Shown piece by piece: positions 50,333 through 62,666 of a stretch of DNA of 64,000 nucleotides. The position numbers were made by a program, and so were the translations under genes. The notes beneath the pieces are model-generated. The model was given only the letters and a program-made list of their open reading frames with translations, ran no database searches and was not told the origin of the DNA. Source of the stretch: Mustelus asterias (taxonomy: Eukaryota); assembly GCF_964213995.1 (NCBI RefSeq), contig NW_027590154.1, positions 868,001-932,000 on the forward strand, in the 5' to 3' direction. Position 1 is the first letter of the stretch. Every line of letters starts with the position of its first letter.

Positions 50333-51106
50333 GCTCACAGAGCTGATGCTGGATCTGAACTCAGTGAGTTAAAGCTCAATTGCTCGAGTTGGATTCCAGA
50401 AGTTGGTGAGTAATATCCGACCTCACTCGTCATTGGTTCATTCCTGACAGAGCCACCAGGAGACCCCCAATCAGCTCACGAGTCCTCTGTCCTACATTTC
50501 ATCCAATCAGCTCAGAGTGTCTTTGTTCTTTCATCCATGACGTCAAAGCGAGGCGCGTGGAACAATTTGAATCTGTTCTCAAAACAATGAACTGGGCAGA
50601 AAAGCATTAGAGAATGGGGAATAGGAGCTCTAGTCAACCATTTGTTCCTTCACCAGGGCCCGCTACCGCTGTTCAGTAAGATCATGGCTATTTTACCTTA
50701 TATCCACTTTCCTGCAACATCCCCATATTCCTTATTTACGTTAATACCCATCAATCAATCGTCACCCTTCTTGAATAAACTACGTCTCTCTGTGAAAGAG
50801 AATAGTAAATATGGGTATTAAAAGCAGTTTTGTTTCTTTATCAGCGTTAATCTTTGCGATGGATCATTTATGGGTAACAGTTCATGTTGTTCCGATAACA
50901 GCACCAGAGTTTCCCGATTCAAGACCTGCTCGGAGACTTGGTAAACTAGTATAATGACGGATTTTACAGAGAGCGACACAATTCCGCCCTGCAGAAATAA
51001 ATCATTCCGTCAAGTTGGCCTTTTTTATTGTGTTTCTGTTAAATTAACAGTTCACAATCCAGGTCACAGATCTGATGCAGTGAGAGGAGGTGAGAGTGCG
51101 TTTGTT

Positions 51107-51582
51107 GGTTTTTGTACGGACTGACTGTGCCTCTGTAACAGTGTGAGGATCAGCGCACAGTGATACACGTCAGAGTCAGAGACACAGACCCGGGTGATAT
51201 TTAACGGAACCGTTTTCTTGTCTTGCTCCAAATCAGCAGAAAACCGGTCAAGGAATTCGGGAGACGTATCCCCCTTCCGTTTGCCGTAACTCCTCAATAA
51301 ATATCTCGGAACTTTCCCAGGATACTGGATGTACCGGAAGAGAATGTTGCCTGTATATTTTGTTTCGTAGCTGCAGTTCAGTATTACCGTCTGTCCTTCC
51401 TGAACTGTTAGTTCAGGCGGCTCCTGGGAAACTGAATCTTGGCCACTGGTTCCTGTAACAACATATGGAATGTGTGAGAAATCTGTGAGTGAATATAACC
51501 CGTGAAACACGCACTGAGGATTTGCACTCAGACTCACCGGGCAGTGAGACCATTATTATGAGTAAACACTCAGGGGACACAT
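51107..51582 (-). pseudogene. TRAV/TRDV: TCR V segment V4 (leader 51582..51538, V exon 51452..51146, RSS 51145..51107), probably non-functional
   Basis: Open V exon QDSVSQEPPELTVQEGQTVILNCSY...FRYIQYPGK...VYHCAL with Trp changed to Arg; leader is 45 nt (1-nt deletion, TAA TAA); RSS CACACTG-23-ACAAAAACC. Confidence 0.88.
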
Positions 51583-52453
51583 GGTTCCTGATTGGACAGT
51601 AAACAGCGAGACTCTTTAAAATATTTCGCTGCTTCTAGTCTGATGTCACAGATCAGATCAGAGGCAGCTTCTCTTATGGGGACACTGAAGGGCGTTTCTT
51701 AGTGCTGCGAATGGCTGGTCTCTTAGCTCTGAAGTCAGCTGAGGGAAATCACGGTTAGTTGAGGGTATAATGGCTGACGCTCTCCAATCACAATCCCTGG
51801 CTGTGCGTATGTCTTTGAAGTCTCTTTCTCTGTCTGACATTTCTTCTGAACTCAACGTCGATCGCTTTCTCCCCAATGAAGGTAGAAGGTGAAATAAATA
51901 TATTAAAGTAAGTCTCGATGTGCCGAAGGACATTTTCTGCGCTCCATACCTCTTAGACTATGTGACTCAATTCACAGGGATATTTAGTGCATGAACGTAA
52001 TCAATAGTTTTACCTTTCAAAAGTGCTGGGGATATTAAATCACCCTACTGCACACAGATTGGGGCTGTTGTTGTACTGCCCACAGGAGGGCGCTTCCACT
52101 TAATTATTATTTCTACCCCTGGAAATGCGACAACTCTGAAATTAGACCACTTTTAAAATGTGTCCCCTGGTAGATTGTCAGCTGTTCCAGAAATTTTACA
52201 AGTATCGATTGATAAACTTATTCATCCAGGAGATCTGCGAGTCTGTGCGAATGGACTCGGGAAATGATTGAATTTCACCCTAGAGGAATATTATCGCTAA
52301 ATATCAACTTTCCAATCGTGACAATCATTCAGTTCGGCGAAAGATAGCCCCTCAGATGGGGCTGCATTGATGCATTCATTATCTGTCCTGTTATATGAGA
52401 TTCAACTCCATTTGTTGTCCTGATCCCAAACCCTTGATGATCATTCGGCGCCC

Positions 52454-53303
52454 AGTTTCTGTTTGTGGCCCGCGGGAGCCTCATTCACTGTGGGTCTCAG
52501 TGCATAGTAATACAAGGCGCTATCGGTCAGCTCCAATTTTCTCAAGGACAAGTGAAAAATGTTTAATTTCCGGTTGTGATTCCTGCTGAGGTGTTCAAAG
52601 CCGGGAGCCACCTTCTTATACTCATAACTATCGGCTTTGAGCAGATACTGGGGAACTCTGTGTGGATGCAGGCCATATCCTCTAGCTGAACTCGGTACAG
52701 AGTAACTGCAGAATATTGATGAATTTTCACCCTTTGCTGATTGAACTCCTGTTTCTGACTGGGACATTGAGTCTTCGCTACTCATCTCTAAAAATGAACA
52801 GCAGACAAACAACTGGTTAGAAGGAGTAACGTGAGGAGGATGAGTACCCAAGATTGTATTTCTTTTTTATTCATTCGTGGGACGTGGGCGTCGCTGACTC
52901 GCCAGCATTTAATGTCCATTCCTAGTTGCCCTTGAATTGAATGGTTTGCTCGGCCTTTTCAGAGTGCAGTGGAGAGTCAACCATTTCGCTTTGGTTCTGG
53001 AGTCACATGTCGGCCAGACCGGTTAAGGATGGCAAAGTTCTTTCCGCAACGGGCATCAGTGAAGCAGCTATGTTTTTGTTCTGACAATCTACAATTGTTT
53101 CATGGTCATCAGCAGATTCTTAATTCTGGACTGGTTTTAACTTAATTCAAATTCCATGATCTGCCGTGGCCGGATTCGAAGCCCACTCCCCAGAACATTG
53201 AAATGAGAATAAATATGAGTGTTCTCGAATGCAGAGCAGAGGTTGAAATTGACCGACCTGTGATTAGGGCAATAAACAGTGGCAGACAGATTTTCACCCC
53301 CAT
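52454..53303 (-). pseudogene. TRAV/TRDV: TCR V segment V5 (leader 53303..53258, V exon 52787..52493, RSS 52492..52454); open frame but lacks the WY motif and second Cys
   Basis: Leader MGVKICLPLFIALIT; GT-AG intron; EDSMSQ...IFCSYS...GYGLH^PHRVPQYLL...DSALYYYALR; CACAGTG-23-ACAGAAACT. Confidence 0.85.
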
Positions 53304-54274
53304 GGTTCCAGTCTGAAATCCGGAAACAGAGACAGTGGCTGTATTAGACCTGCAATTGGAATTTCGTTATCAGCTGGGGGCGGGGGGTTATGAGTCAAAT
53401 GCGATTTCTTCTCCCCACCCATTTTCACGTCTTCAAACACTGTCTTTCTCGAGAAGGGGATCATGATCTCTCATAACTAATCGGAGAGCGCCCTCCTGTG
53501 GGCAGCATGGCCATATGTTGGAAACAGATACACACGTGCAAAAATACACGCTTGTTGAGATCCACATCTATCAGAGACAAAGGAGAACAGCACAATAAGT
53601 TTGTTTCATTGGGTGCCGGGGAGGAATAGGTGACAGAGACTTCGTAAATGTTCACAAGCAACTCATTGGGAGTGCAGCGTTGTTATACTGAAGAAAGTAA
53701 GGGGGATTCCATGTGTTGAAATAAATCCATTAAATTCTGCTCGTTCAGCCCGAACGTTTCAATGGAGAGGAGACACAAGATGAAAAGCTTGTGACCTGTG
53801 TCGACATATTTTGACTAATTTGGACAGTGATGCTTTCGTCTTATCGAATCTTCTGGCATTCATTTTGGTGGATTTAGTTATTTTCAAAGTACTGTCTGTC
53901 TGTCTATTTCACTATCTATACACTTGTATTTACCGATCTGTTGTTGCACTAATTCTCTTTGTATATCGATCCCAATGTGTCTATGTCTTTAGCTGTCTCA
54001 CTCATCCCGTCAATCTATCAAAAACACCCCATTCTGTATCTGAATTTGTCAGCTTATCAATTCGTCCATCCTTTCGTCCGCTCCATCTATCCATCCATTG
54101 TTAACTGATGTTTCCCTTGCTTAACATGCCTGAATACCAGCAAAATGATCCAAAAATAGAAACAAAATAGCGTATATTTAGAAAACAATGTGAAATCGCG
54201 GGGAGGTGGTTGGTTGTTCCCTTTATTTTCTCTCACCATCTAAATTATGTGTTGGAACATTTGTTCGGAAGAGT

Positions 54275-54995
54275 CGCATACAGAGGAATCTGGGCATGCT
54301 GGTCCACAGTTCCCTAAAAGGGGTAACACAGGTGGCCAAGGCGATTAATAAGGCATGTGGCATGCTTGCCTTCATCAGCCGGGACATGGAGTACAGGAGT
54401 TAGAAAATCATGTAGCAGTTGTATAAAACCTTGGTTAGTTCGCATTTCGAGTATTGCCTGCAGTTCTGGTCCCCACCCTACCAGAAGGACGTGGAAGCTT
54501 TGGAGAGAATGCTAAGAAGGTTCACTAGGGTGTTGCCTGGTCTGGGGGGTGTTGGCAATGAGGAGAGGTTTAATTAGCTAGGTTTATTTTCACTGGAAAG
54601 ACGGAAGCTGGGGGGAGACCTGACAGGAGTCTACAAAATTATGAGAGGCATAGGCAGGTTGGATAGTCAGAGGTCCTTTTTCCTAGAATGGAAGTGTCAA
54701 TTCGAAAGAGGCACAAGTTCAAGGTGAGATGGGGAAAGTTTAAGGGAGAGGTGCGAGGGAAGTTTTTCATGCACATAGTGGTGGATGGCTGAAACGCGCT
54801 GCCAGAGCATGTGGTGGAAGCATACACATTAGCAACATTCCAGAGGCATCTGGATGGGTACATGAATATGGAGCAAATAGAGGGATACGGACCGAGTAAG
54901 GGCAAAGGGTTTCTTTTAGTTAGGGCATCATGATCGGCACACGTTTGGAGAGCCGAAGGCTCTATGCTGCAATTTTCTTTGTTCTCTTTTGTTCT
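54275..54995 (+). mobile_element. Degraded CR1 3' portion
   Basis: KACGMLAFISR and FWSP motifs, in-frame stops, TTTGTTCT tail. Confidence 0.85.
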
Positions 54996-55951
54996 TGAAA
55001 TAAACGTACATCTTTTGCTTGTAAATGCTTAATTAATACATCCAAATGCAGTTGCAAGAATTACATGCCTTGAGTGAAAGATTGAAATAACGAATTACAC
55101 ATATTTATAGTTTTTCAGTAAGTTCTAAGGATTTACATACAACAAAGTTTTTTCCAACGGCGGTCACTGCCATAATGTAAGAGCCATTCGGTCGTTCGAG
55201 TCTGCACTGTCATTCAATAAGATCAGGACTGAACTGATGTAATAATCCTCAACTCCATTTTCCCGCCTTATCTCCATGACATTTGATTCCATTACTGGTT
55301 AAAATCGGCCTATCTCAGCCCTGAACATACTTAAAGACTCAACCTCCACAACATTTTGCACAAATCATTCCACAAAATCACTGTCCTCTCAGAAGAAATT
55401 CCTCCTCATATCGGTCTTCGATGGGCATCTTTTCCTACAAGGGGAAGCAACCTCTCACCATCTACTGTGCCAATACTCTTAAGATAAATCTCTTAAGGAT
55501 ATGCCAATTAGACATTAAACTGTGTCTCATCTTAATTTGAAATCAACCTCTTCAGAACAATAAGAGTTTAGTTTGTCGTTCGGATCTATTGAAGATCCAA
55601 CTGTCCATACGTATATATCTTGCTCTCTGCTCAGTGGGATGGGGTGTTAACCTTCAACTTTCCTGAAAAGGCAGCGTTCGTGACCCAAATAGATTCATCT
55701 GCTTCAGCGATGACCTTCCTTCCATCATAATTTAGACAACGTTTCCCGACAATTCCATAATGCTCTGAAGCATTCCGAACCTCTGAGAAACTTAAATAGT
55801 CGATTTTGGCATGTAGGGATTGCAATGGTCGATATGTGGCAAACATCATTCGTGCCACAAAAAGTGTCAATCAGTCATCATTTCCGACAACAGGGTTTCT
55901 AACATTCTACGATTTCACGTCAACTGCCTTTCCATCGCTGAATCCCCCCAG

Positions 55952-58307
55952 TAGGAAAATACTCAAACGGGGAATTAGAAGAGCAAAAAGGGGTCACGAA
56001 ATGTTCTTGGCAGACAGGATTAAGGAGAATCCCAAGGCATTTTATTCATACGTTAGGAACAAAAGGGTTGTTAGGGAAAAAATCGGACCTCTCAGGGACA
56101 AAAGTGGGGACTTATGCTTGGAGCCCAAAGAGGTAGGGGAGATCCTAAATGAATACTTTGCGTCGGTATTCACAAAGGAGAGGGATGTGTTGACTGGGAG
56201 TGTCTCGGAGGGGAGTGTTGAACCGTTGGAGAAAATCTCCATTACAAAGGAGGAAGTGTTAGGTTTGTTAGAGAATATAAAGACTGACAAATCCCCAGGG
56301 CCTGATGGAATCTATCCAAGGCTGCTCAGGGAGACGAGAGGTGAAATCGTTGGGCCTCTGACGCAAATCTTTGTCTCGTCACTGGACACAGGTGAGGTCC
56401 CAGAGGATTGGAGGATAGCCAATGTGGTCCCGTTATTTAAGAAGGGTAGGAAGGATAACCCGGGTAATTATAGGCCGGTGAGCTTGACGTCCGTGGTGGG
56501 GAAGTTGTTGGAGAAGATTCTTAAAGATAGGATGCATGCGCATTTAGAAAGGAATAAACTCATTAACGATAGTCAACATGGTTTTGTGAGAGGGAGGTCA
56601 TGCCTCACTAACCTGGTGGTGTTTTTTGAAGAAGTGACCAAAATGGTTGACGAAGGAAGGGCCGTGGATGTTGTCTATATGGACTTTAGTAAAGCGTTTG
56701 ACAAAGTCCCTCATGGTAGGCTAGTGAAAAAGGTTGGATCCCATGGGATAAAGGGGGAGGTGGCTAGATGGGTGGAGAACTGGCTTGGTCATAGAAGACA
56801 GAGGGTGGTAGTGGAAGGGTCTTTTTCCGGCTGGAGGCCTGTGACTAGTGGTGTACCGCAGGGCTCTGTATTGGGACCTCTGCTGTTTGTGATTTATATA
56901 AATGATCTGGAAGAAGGAGTAACTGGGGTGATCAGTAAGTTTGCGGACGACACAAAACTGGCAGGACTTGCAGATAGTGAGGAACATAGTCAGAGGCTAC
57001 AGAAGGATATAGATAGGCTGGAAATTTGGGCAAGGAAATGGCAGATGGAGTTCAATCCTGATAAATGCGAAGTGATGCATTTTGGTGGGAATAATGTAGG
57101 GAGGAGCTACACGATAAATGGAAGAACCATAAAGGGTGTAGAGACGCAGAGGGACCTGGGTGTGCAAGTCCACAGATCTTGGAAGGTGACGTCACAGGTG
57201 GAGAAGGTGGTGAAGAAGGCATATGGCATGCTTGCCTTTATAGGACTAGGCATAGAGTATAAAAGTTGGGGTCTGATGTTGCAGTTGTATAGAACGTTGG
57301 TTCGGCCGCATTTGGAATACTGCGTCCAGTTCTGGTCGCCACACTACCAGAAGGACGTGGAGGCTTTGGAGAGAGTACAGAGGAGGTTTCCCAGGATGTT
57401 GCCTGGTACGGAGGGGCTTGGTTATGAGGAGAGATTGGGGAAACTGGGGTTGTTCTCCTTGGAAAGACGGAGGATGAGGGGAGACTTAATAGAGGTGTAT
57501 AAAATTATGAAATGCATGGATAGGGCGAACGGTGGGAAGCTTTTCCCCAGGTCGGTGGTGACGTTCACGAGGGGTCATAGGTTCAAGGTGAAGGGGGGGA
57601 GGTTTAACACAGATATCAGAAGGACATATTTCACACAGAGGGTCGTGGGGGCCTGGAATGTGTTGCCGGGCAAGGTGGTGGAGGCGGACACACTGGGAAC
57701 GTTTAAGACTTATCTAGACAGCTATATGAACGGAGTGGGAATGGAGGGATACAAAAGAGTGGTCTAGTTTGGACCAGGGAGCGGCGCGGGCTAATTGTTC
57801 CTTGTTTCTCGTTTCAAGGCTTCATTCTATGATCATCTTGCTGGTGCCAGTACAGAGCGAGACTGCGGATAGTTGGGAACCTGTCTCGGGGGCAGGGAAT
57901 TCATATGGTGTTCGTGGAAGTGGAAATGACTAGGGTTGGGAAGCATTTTCCGATCAGGGCCATTGTGATCTCCTGGACTCGTTTCGATCGCCTCAGGGGG
58001 TCGGAGAGGAATTTCCCAGATTTTGTTTCCCCCATATTGGCCCTGGGGTTTTTCACTCTGGGTTTTCGCCTCTCCCTGGAGATCACATGGTCTGGAATGG
58101 GGGGGGTGGGGGTGAGTTAATAGGTTGTAATGAACAAAGCATCGTTGCTGTGAGGGACAGCTCGGTGGATAGGATATTGGTATGTAGATAGGCTGGAAAA
58201 TTGGGCGGGGATCCTGGATTCAGGATTCAATCCTGGGCCGGGGAGCGGCGCGGGCTTGGAGGGCCGAAGGGCCTGTTCCTGTGCTGTATTGTTCTTTGTT
58301 CTTTGTT
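55952..58307 (+). mobile_element. Young CR1 LINE, 5'-truncated, with about 600 aa of uninterrupted ORF2 (RT) and a long 3' UTR
   Basis: ORF to 57767 with KSPGPDG, NYRPVSLTS, QHGF, GVPQGSVLGP, FADD; no endonuclease domain; tail TGTTCTTTGTTCTTTG. Confidence 0.95.
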
Positions 58308-59143
58308 TGTACCTACACCCTGGCGCTTCCCATTGATCGATCTTTAAAACACTGGCTGCAAGAGCCTGTCAGACATGGGGAATTTCCCTGACTCCCCAAA
58401 GTCTGACTGCTAACTACAAGGCACCGTCAAAAATGTGAAGGCATATTTTCTGTCTACTTAGATGAGTGGATCTCCAGCAATCTCCAAATGCTCGATATCA
58501 GCCACAGCTACTTGACTGCTACCCCGCCGACCACCTTAAACATTCACTCCTTCCACTAAAAGCACACGAAGATAGCACCATTCTACAAGGTGAAATGCAG
58601 CAAATCGCCAAGAGCACTTAGACAGCACCTTACAAACCTACCACCCAGAAAAAGAAGCACAACGCGGCAGGAGAGCCACACCATCTCCAAGTTCCCGAAC
58701 AAGAGTGCAGCTGTATAGAATGGCAGCTCACTCATTCCTCTTTAAGATCAATTAGGGATGAGCAACACATTCTAGCATCATCTGAGGTGATGAAATCCTT
58801 TGTAAGTGTGAACGAAACTTAAACTTTGAGGGGGAGTCACCGTTCCCTAAAATGAAACTAAGGGCATTTAAGAGTACAGAATACCCTGGAATAAAATCAA
58901 AAGCTCGAGCTATGGGCACAATATAACCAGAGAGTGCTTCATGTTCACGCTGTTCTTTCATTCCAAAGTCATGAACACAGGATGGGTAATGTCTGTCACT
59001 CAGCACGGGCTGCTTCAATTTACTGATAGCTGGCTCACCACCCACCGGCCTCACAGCGCCCCCAGAGATACAGAAAGTGAGATGTAGATACCTGAGTTTC
59101 CAACAGATTACCTCACCCCCATTTCACATTGCGGATAGCGGCA

Positions 59144-59649
59144 ATGCAGCTGCTCAGCATCTGGGTTGTGTGGGCAGGATTTATGACAGTTAATTGATGA
59201 TTAAATGCATTTAATCTTTTCTCTGATTTATCAAGCATGGTTCAAACCTTACCAATGGCAATGGAAGCTTGATCTGTTTCTCTGTGATTGCCTTTTTTCC
59301 GGATCTAATTAATGCGGATTCTGTCACCCAGCTTCTCTCCTGAGGTGCTGAGACAGAACGAGAAGCGGTGGCAATGACCTGTACCGATGACACCACAAAG
59401 AGGAGCTACAGATTAGTTTGGCACTGTCAGCGCCCAGAGTTTCAGCCTGCGTTCATCGTGTGGTAAAGCTCTGGGGGCTCTAAATTTAAAGCAGATTTTT
59501 GCTAAAATCCGTTTGTCTGCTGAACTCCAGACCGGGACTAAATTCATCAGCTTAATCATCTCGTGTCTGCAGCTGACTGACGCTGGCGGCCATGAATGCG
59601 CTTTCAGTCTCACAGTAATAGAATACAGTCTTATTGCCGTCCAGAAACC
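59144..59649 (+). pseudogene. TRAV/TRDV: TCR V pseudogene V6 (V1 family); RSS 59611..59649
   Basis: Leader MQLLSIWVVWAGFMT; both splice sites mutated; DSVTQLLS* with more stops and a frameshift; CACAGTA-23-CCAGAAACC. Confidence 0.85.
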
Positions 59650-59919
59650 ATCAGCGGCAGGTCCTGCCTGCTGCGGGGGAAGATTCAGTCGCAATGAACA
59701 GTGCCGCCGTCGGACGCTCAAACACAGCGAGTGGAAACCAGATTAACCTCGGGCCAAACTGTCACTCAACCGTGACAAGGAGCGGCTGAGAAAACAAACT
59801 CACGAACCAATGGGACAGAGACATAGCACAGAACCTTGTTTGAAATTATACCTTCTCATTCCCACTCTCAACAAACCTCGGTCTTGTGAGACCTATCAGG
59901 GGTGAATCCAAGCATCCAG

Positions 59920-60220
59920 AGTGGCGCAGTGGTTAGCACTGCTGCCTGGGAGCTGCCTCGGTTCGATTCCCGGCTTGGGTCACTGTCTGTGTGGCGATTG
60001 CACATTCTCCCCGTGTCTGAGCGGGTTTCCTCCAAGTGCTCCGGTTTTCTCCCACAGTCGAAAGATGCGCGAGTTAGGTTAATTGGCCATGCTAAATTGC
60101 TCTTTATTGCCTTGGCTGTGTAGGCTAAAGGGATGTGTGAGGTCGTGGAATAAGGCCCAAATGGGATTGTTGGCGGTGCAGGCTCGATGGGCCGAATGGT
60201 CTCCTGCACTGTATGGTTTC
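59920..60220 (+). mobile_element. HE1-like SINE
   Basis: GTGGCGCAGTGGTTAGCACTGCTGCC head, GGTTCGATTCC, V-domain, CR1-type tail. Confidence 0.8.
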
Positions 60221-62162
60221 TGTGATTCATTCCCGGCTGGGTTGCAGACAAAGTCCCTGCAGGGGGGAATGGATCGGCTGTTGCAGCGGTGGCAATGGAA
60301 TCCTGATCTTTCAATGAGCAACGGTACAAAATATAAAATAAATGCAGGCTTTCCAATCAAATTTATTGCGCTCACAAATCATTTACACTACATCTGTGCA
60401 GCAATAACTCGCACAAATTTCCAGATTAATTTGAGAACTCAGTATGTACAGTAATACCCAATATGTTGGCGTGATCACTGCAACAGATCAGTCACTAAAC
60501 TACATGAGAATGAGGAGGGTCATTTGTTAATCTTAACTCACCAATTCTGGAATTCCCAAGAGTTTCTATTATTTCCTTAAGGGTAACTGTCCATTTTGTT
60601 GCTTTTCGAATGTGTCACTTCGACCAGATTCCATTGCAAGTGATGACCACTATCTGCGTAATGAGTTGTCTCCTATCTGAGCCCCAATTTTACCTTTTAC
60701 GCCACTGAACCTATGTAAATTTACTGCCCCCGCACTGAATTTAAGGTAGAACTCAGGCTCAACCCTTTCCATACCCAATGCTACTTTGGGTATTTAGGCT
60801 TTGTTGAGGTATTTACGTTTTCTTACTTCCTGCAACGCTGCTTCGATATGATTCGTTTCTTTTTCCCCTTTACACCTGTTTCTCTCTTTTTCCCGACAGC
60901 GCCTCTGACACACCGGTCTCTCCCGGACCACTGCCTTCTTATGTTCCCAAGCTTCCTCATACTCTCTCCCTCGCAAAACCTGTCTGCATCGATTCCAGTT
61001 TCTGTGCTCCTTCATTATTGGAATAAGAAACAGAGTTCCCTTTGGCCATCCAACCCTGCCATGTCATCTGCAAAGGAACATTTGTTCCTAAATCAATTGC
61101 CATAATGTTTCATAATAGACCGTTGTTTTTCTTTATCCTATCTGGCAATGTGAATGCCTTCTATTTTTCTGAATTATGTTCCTGTTTACCACTTCCTTCC
61201 CTAGTCACTCAACAACCTGCTATCCTTTTGCAAGTTCATTCTGTCTCTTAGATTATAACCCAATTCACTCCATATTTCCAGAAGGTCAGTATATGTTACA
61301 CATGGTCCTTCTCCATATTACGAAAATGCAAATAGAACTCAGCGATTCAAAAAGTCGGCACATCAATATCATTTCCTGCTTCAATTGGCATCAGCACCAA
61401 TTGTGACCTTGCCAGAAACGCCGAGAAAACTTGAAAATGTTTAAAAAGGAACCATGGGGAGGGATGGGGCGCGGTGGGGAGGGGGGGGGGGGGGTGGGGG
61501 AGGAGTGGTGGTCGGGGAGAGATAACTTGTACTTGAGTCATGTTTCCCACTATCCTGATAGTGAGACTAACGAAATTATTGAGAGAAAATTGGCAAACCG
61601 ATTTGAACAATCTGAATTCCGTATCACAATCAGCAGACGAGGAATCATTCCCTCACCCGGGTCTGAATCCGAAACCATTCACTCCGTAGAGATAGTGATC
61701 TGAATCCAGCTCAGGATGTTTCTAATTCCTGCCTACTATCTCACCACCCACCGTCTCACAGCACCATGGCGAGGAAGTGAGGCTATAGCATCTTGAGACT
61801 AAACGCGAAAATGCTGGAAAATCACAGCAGGTCTGACGCCATCTGTAAGGAGAGAAAAGAGCCGACGTTTCGAGTCCAGATGATCCTTGGTCAAAGCTAA
61901 AATACATAGAAAGTGGGAGATGTTTATCCTTCAGGGTGAGAGAAGGAAAGATAAGTCATAGGTACAGAAACCGGGGAAAAGGCTGCTAATGGCAGTCCAT
62001 TGAAATAATAAAAGGCGTGAATGGCCAAAAGGCAGAGAAACTGAAATCAGAGGGCAGATTATTGTAGGTGGAGTTAAAAACGGGTGTCTAAATTTCCAAT
62101 CCCGCCGCCCCCCCCCCCCCCCCCCACCCCACCTCCTCCGTTTCACAGAGTATACAACGAGA

Positions 62163-62666
62163 ATGCAGCTCCTCAGCATACGTTGTGTGGGACGCATTCC
62201 TTACAGGTAATTGCGGACCAAGCAGACTTCACCTTTTCTCTAATTTTCCACGCATATGTTAAATCAAATTTTAATCCGCAGCCCGTTTTATGTTTTTAAT
62301 TCTAATATAACTTTTCAGATCAGGCTCATGGAGAGTTTGTCACTCAGCCTCTATCATCAGAGGTAAAGACAGATGGGGACGCGGTGATATTGACGTGTAA
62401 CTATGAAACTACTGAAAGTGATTATGCATTGCACTGGAGCCAATAATACCCGGGTGCATAGCTCGAGTTCATGCTGTGGAGGAATACAAACAATGATGAA
62501 TATAAAGCAGACTTTACTAAAAACCGTTTCTATGCCTCGCTAAAGATCACGATTAAATTCACCACTGTAACGATCTCGGGCCTGCAACTCACTGACGCTG
62601 CTCTATATTATTGTGCTTTGTAAGTGTCACAATGATGAAAAGTAATCTCACCCCTGTGCAAAAGCT
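62163..62666 (+). pseudogene. TRAV/TRDV: TCR V pseudogene V7 (V1 family); leader 62163..62206, V exon 62319..62627, RSS 62628..62666
   Basis: 44-nt frameshifted leader; HGEFVTQP...LTCNY...LHWSQ*YPGA*LEF...NRF...ISGLQLTDAALYYCAL*; CACAATG-23-GCAAAAGCT. Confidence 0.87.

Noticed and set aside
55806-55951. N-terminal part of the 653-aa ORF as a host-RT fusion
   Set aside because: Non-ATG start; appears to be chance open flank upstream of the CR1 truncation point.
59920-60000. Additional tRNA genes at SINE heads (also 6316, 37480, 41820)
   Set aside because: A and B boxes run directly into the V-SINE body and no complete cloverleaf forms.
43372-62666. NAR-TCR, IgNAR or IgH cluster
   Set aside because: Every V has its own leader or leader remnant; no adjacent D/J segments, no octamer and no CDR1 Cys of the supporting V-delta type were seen.
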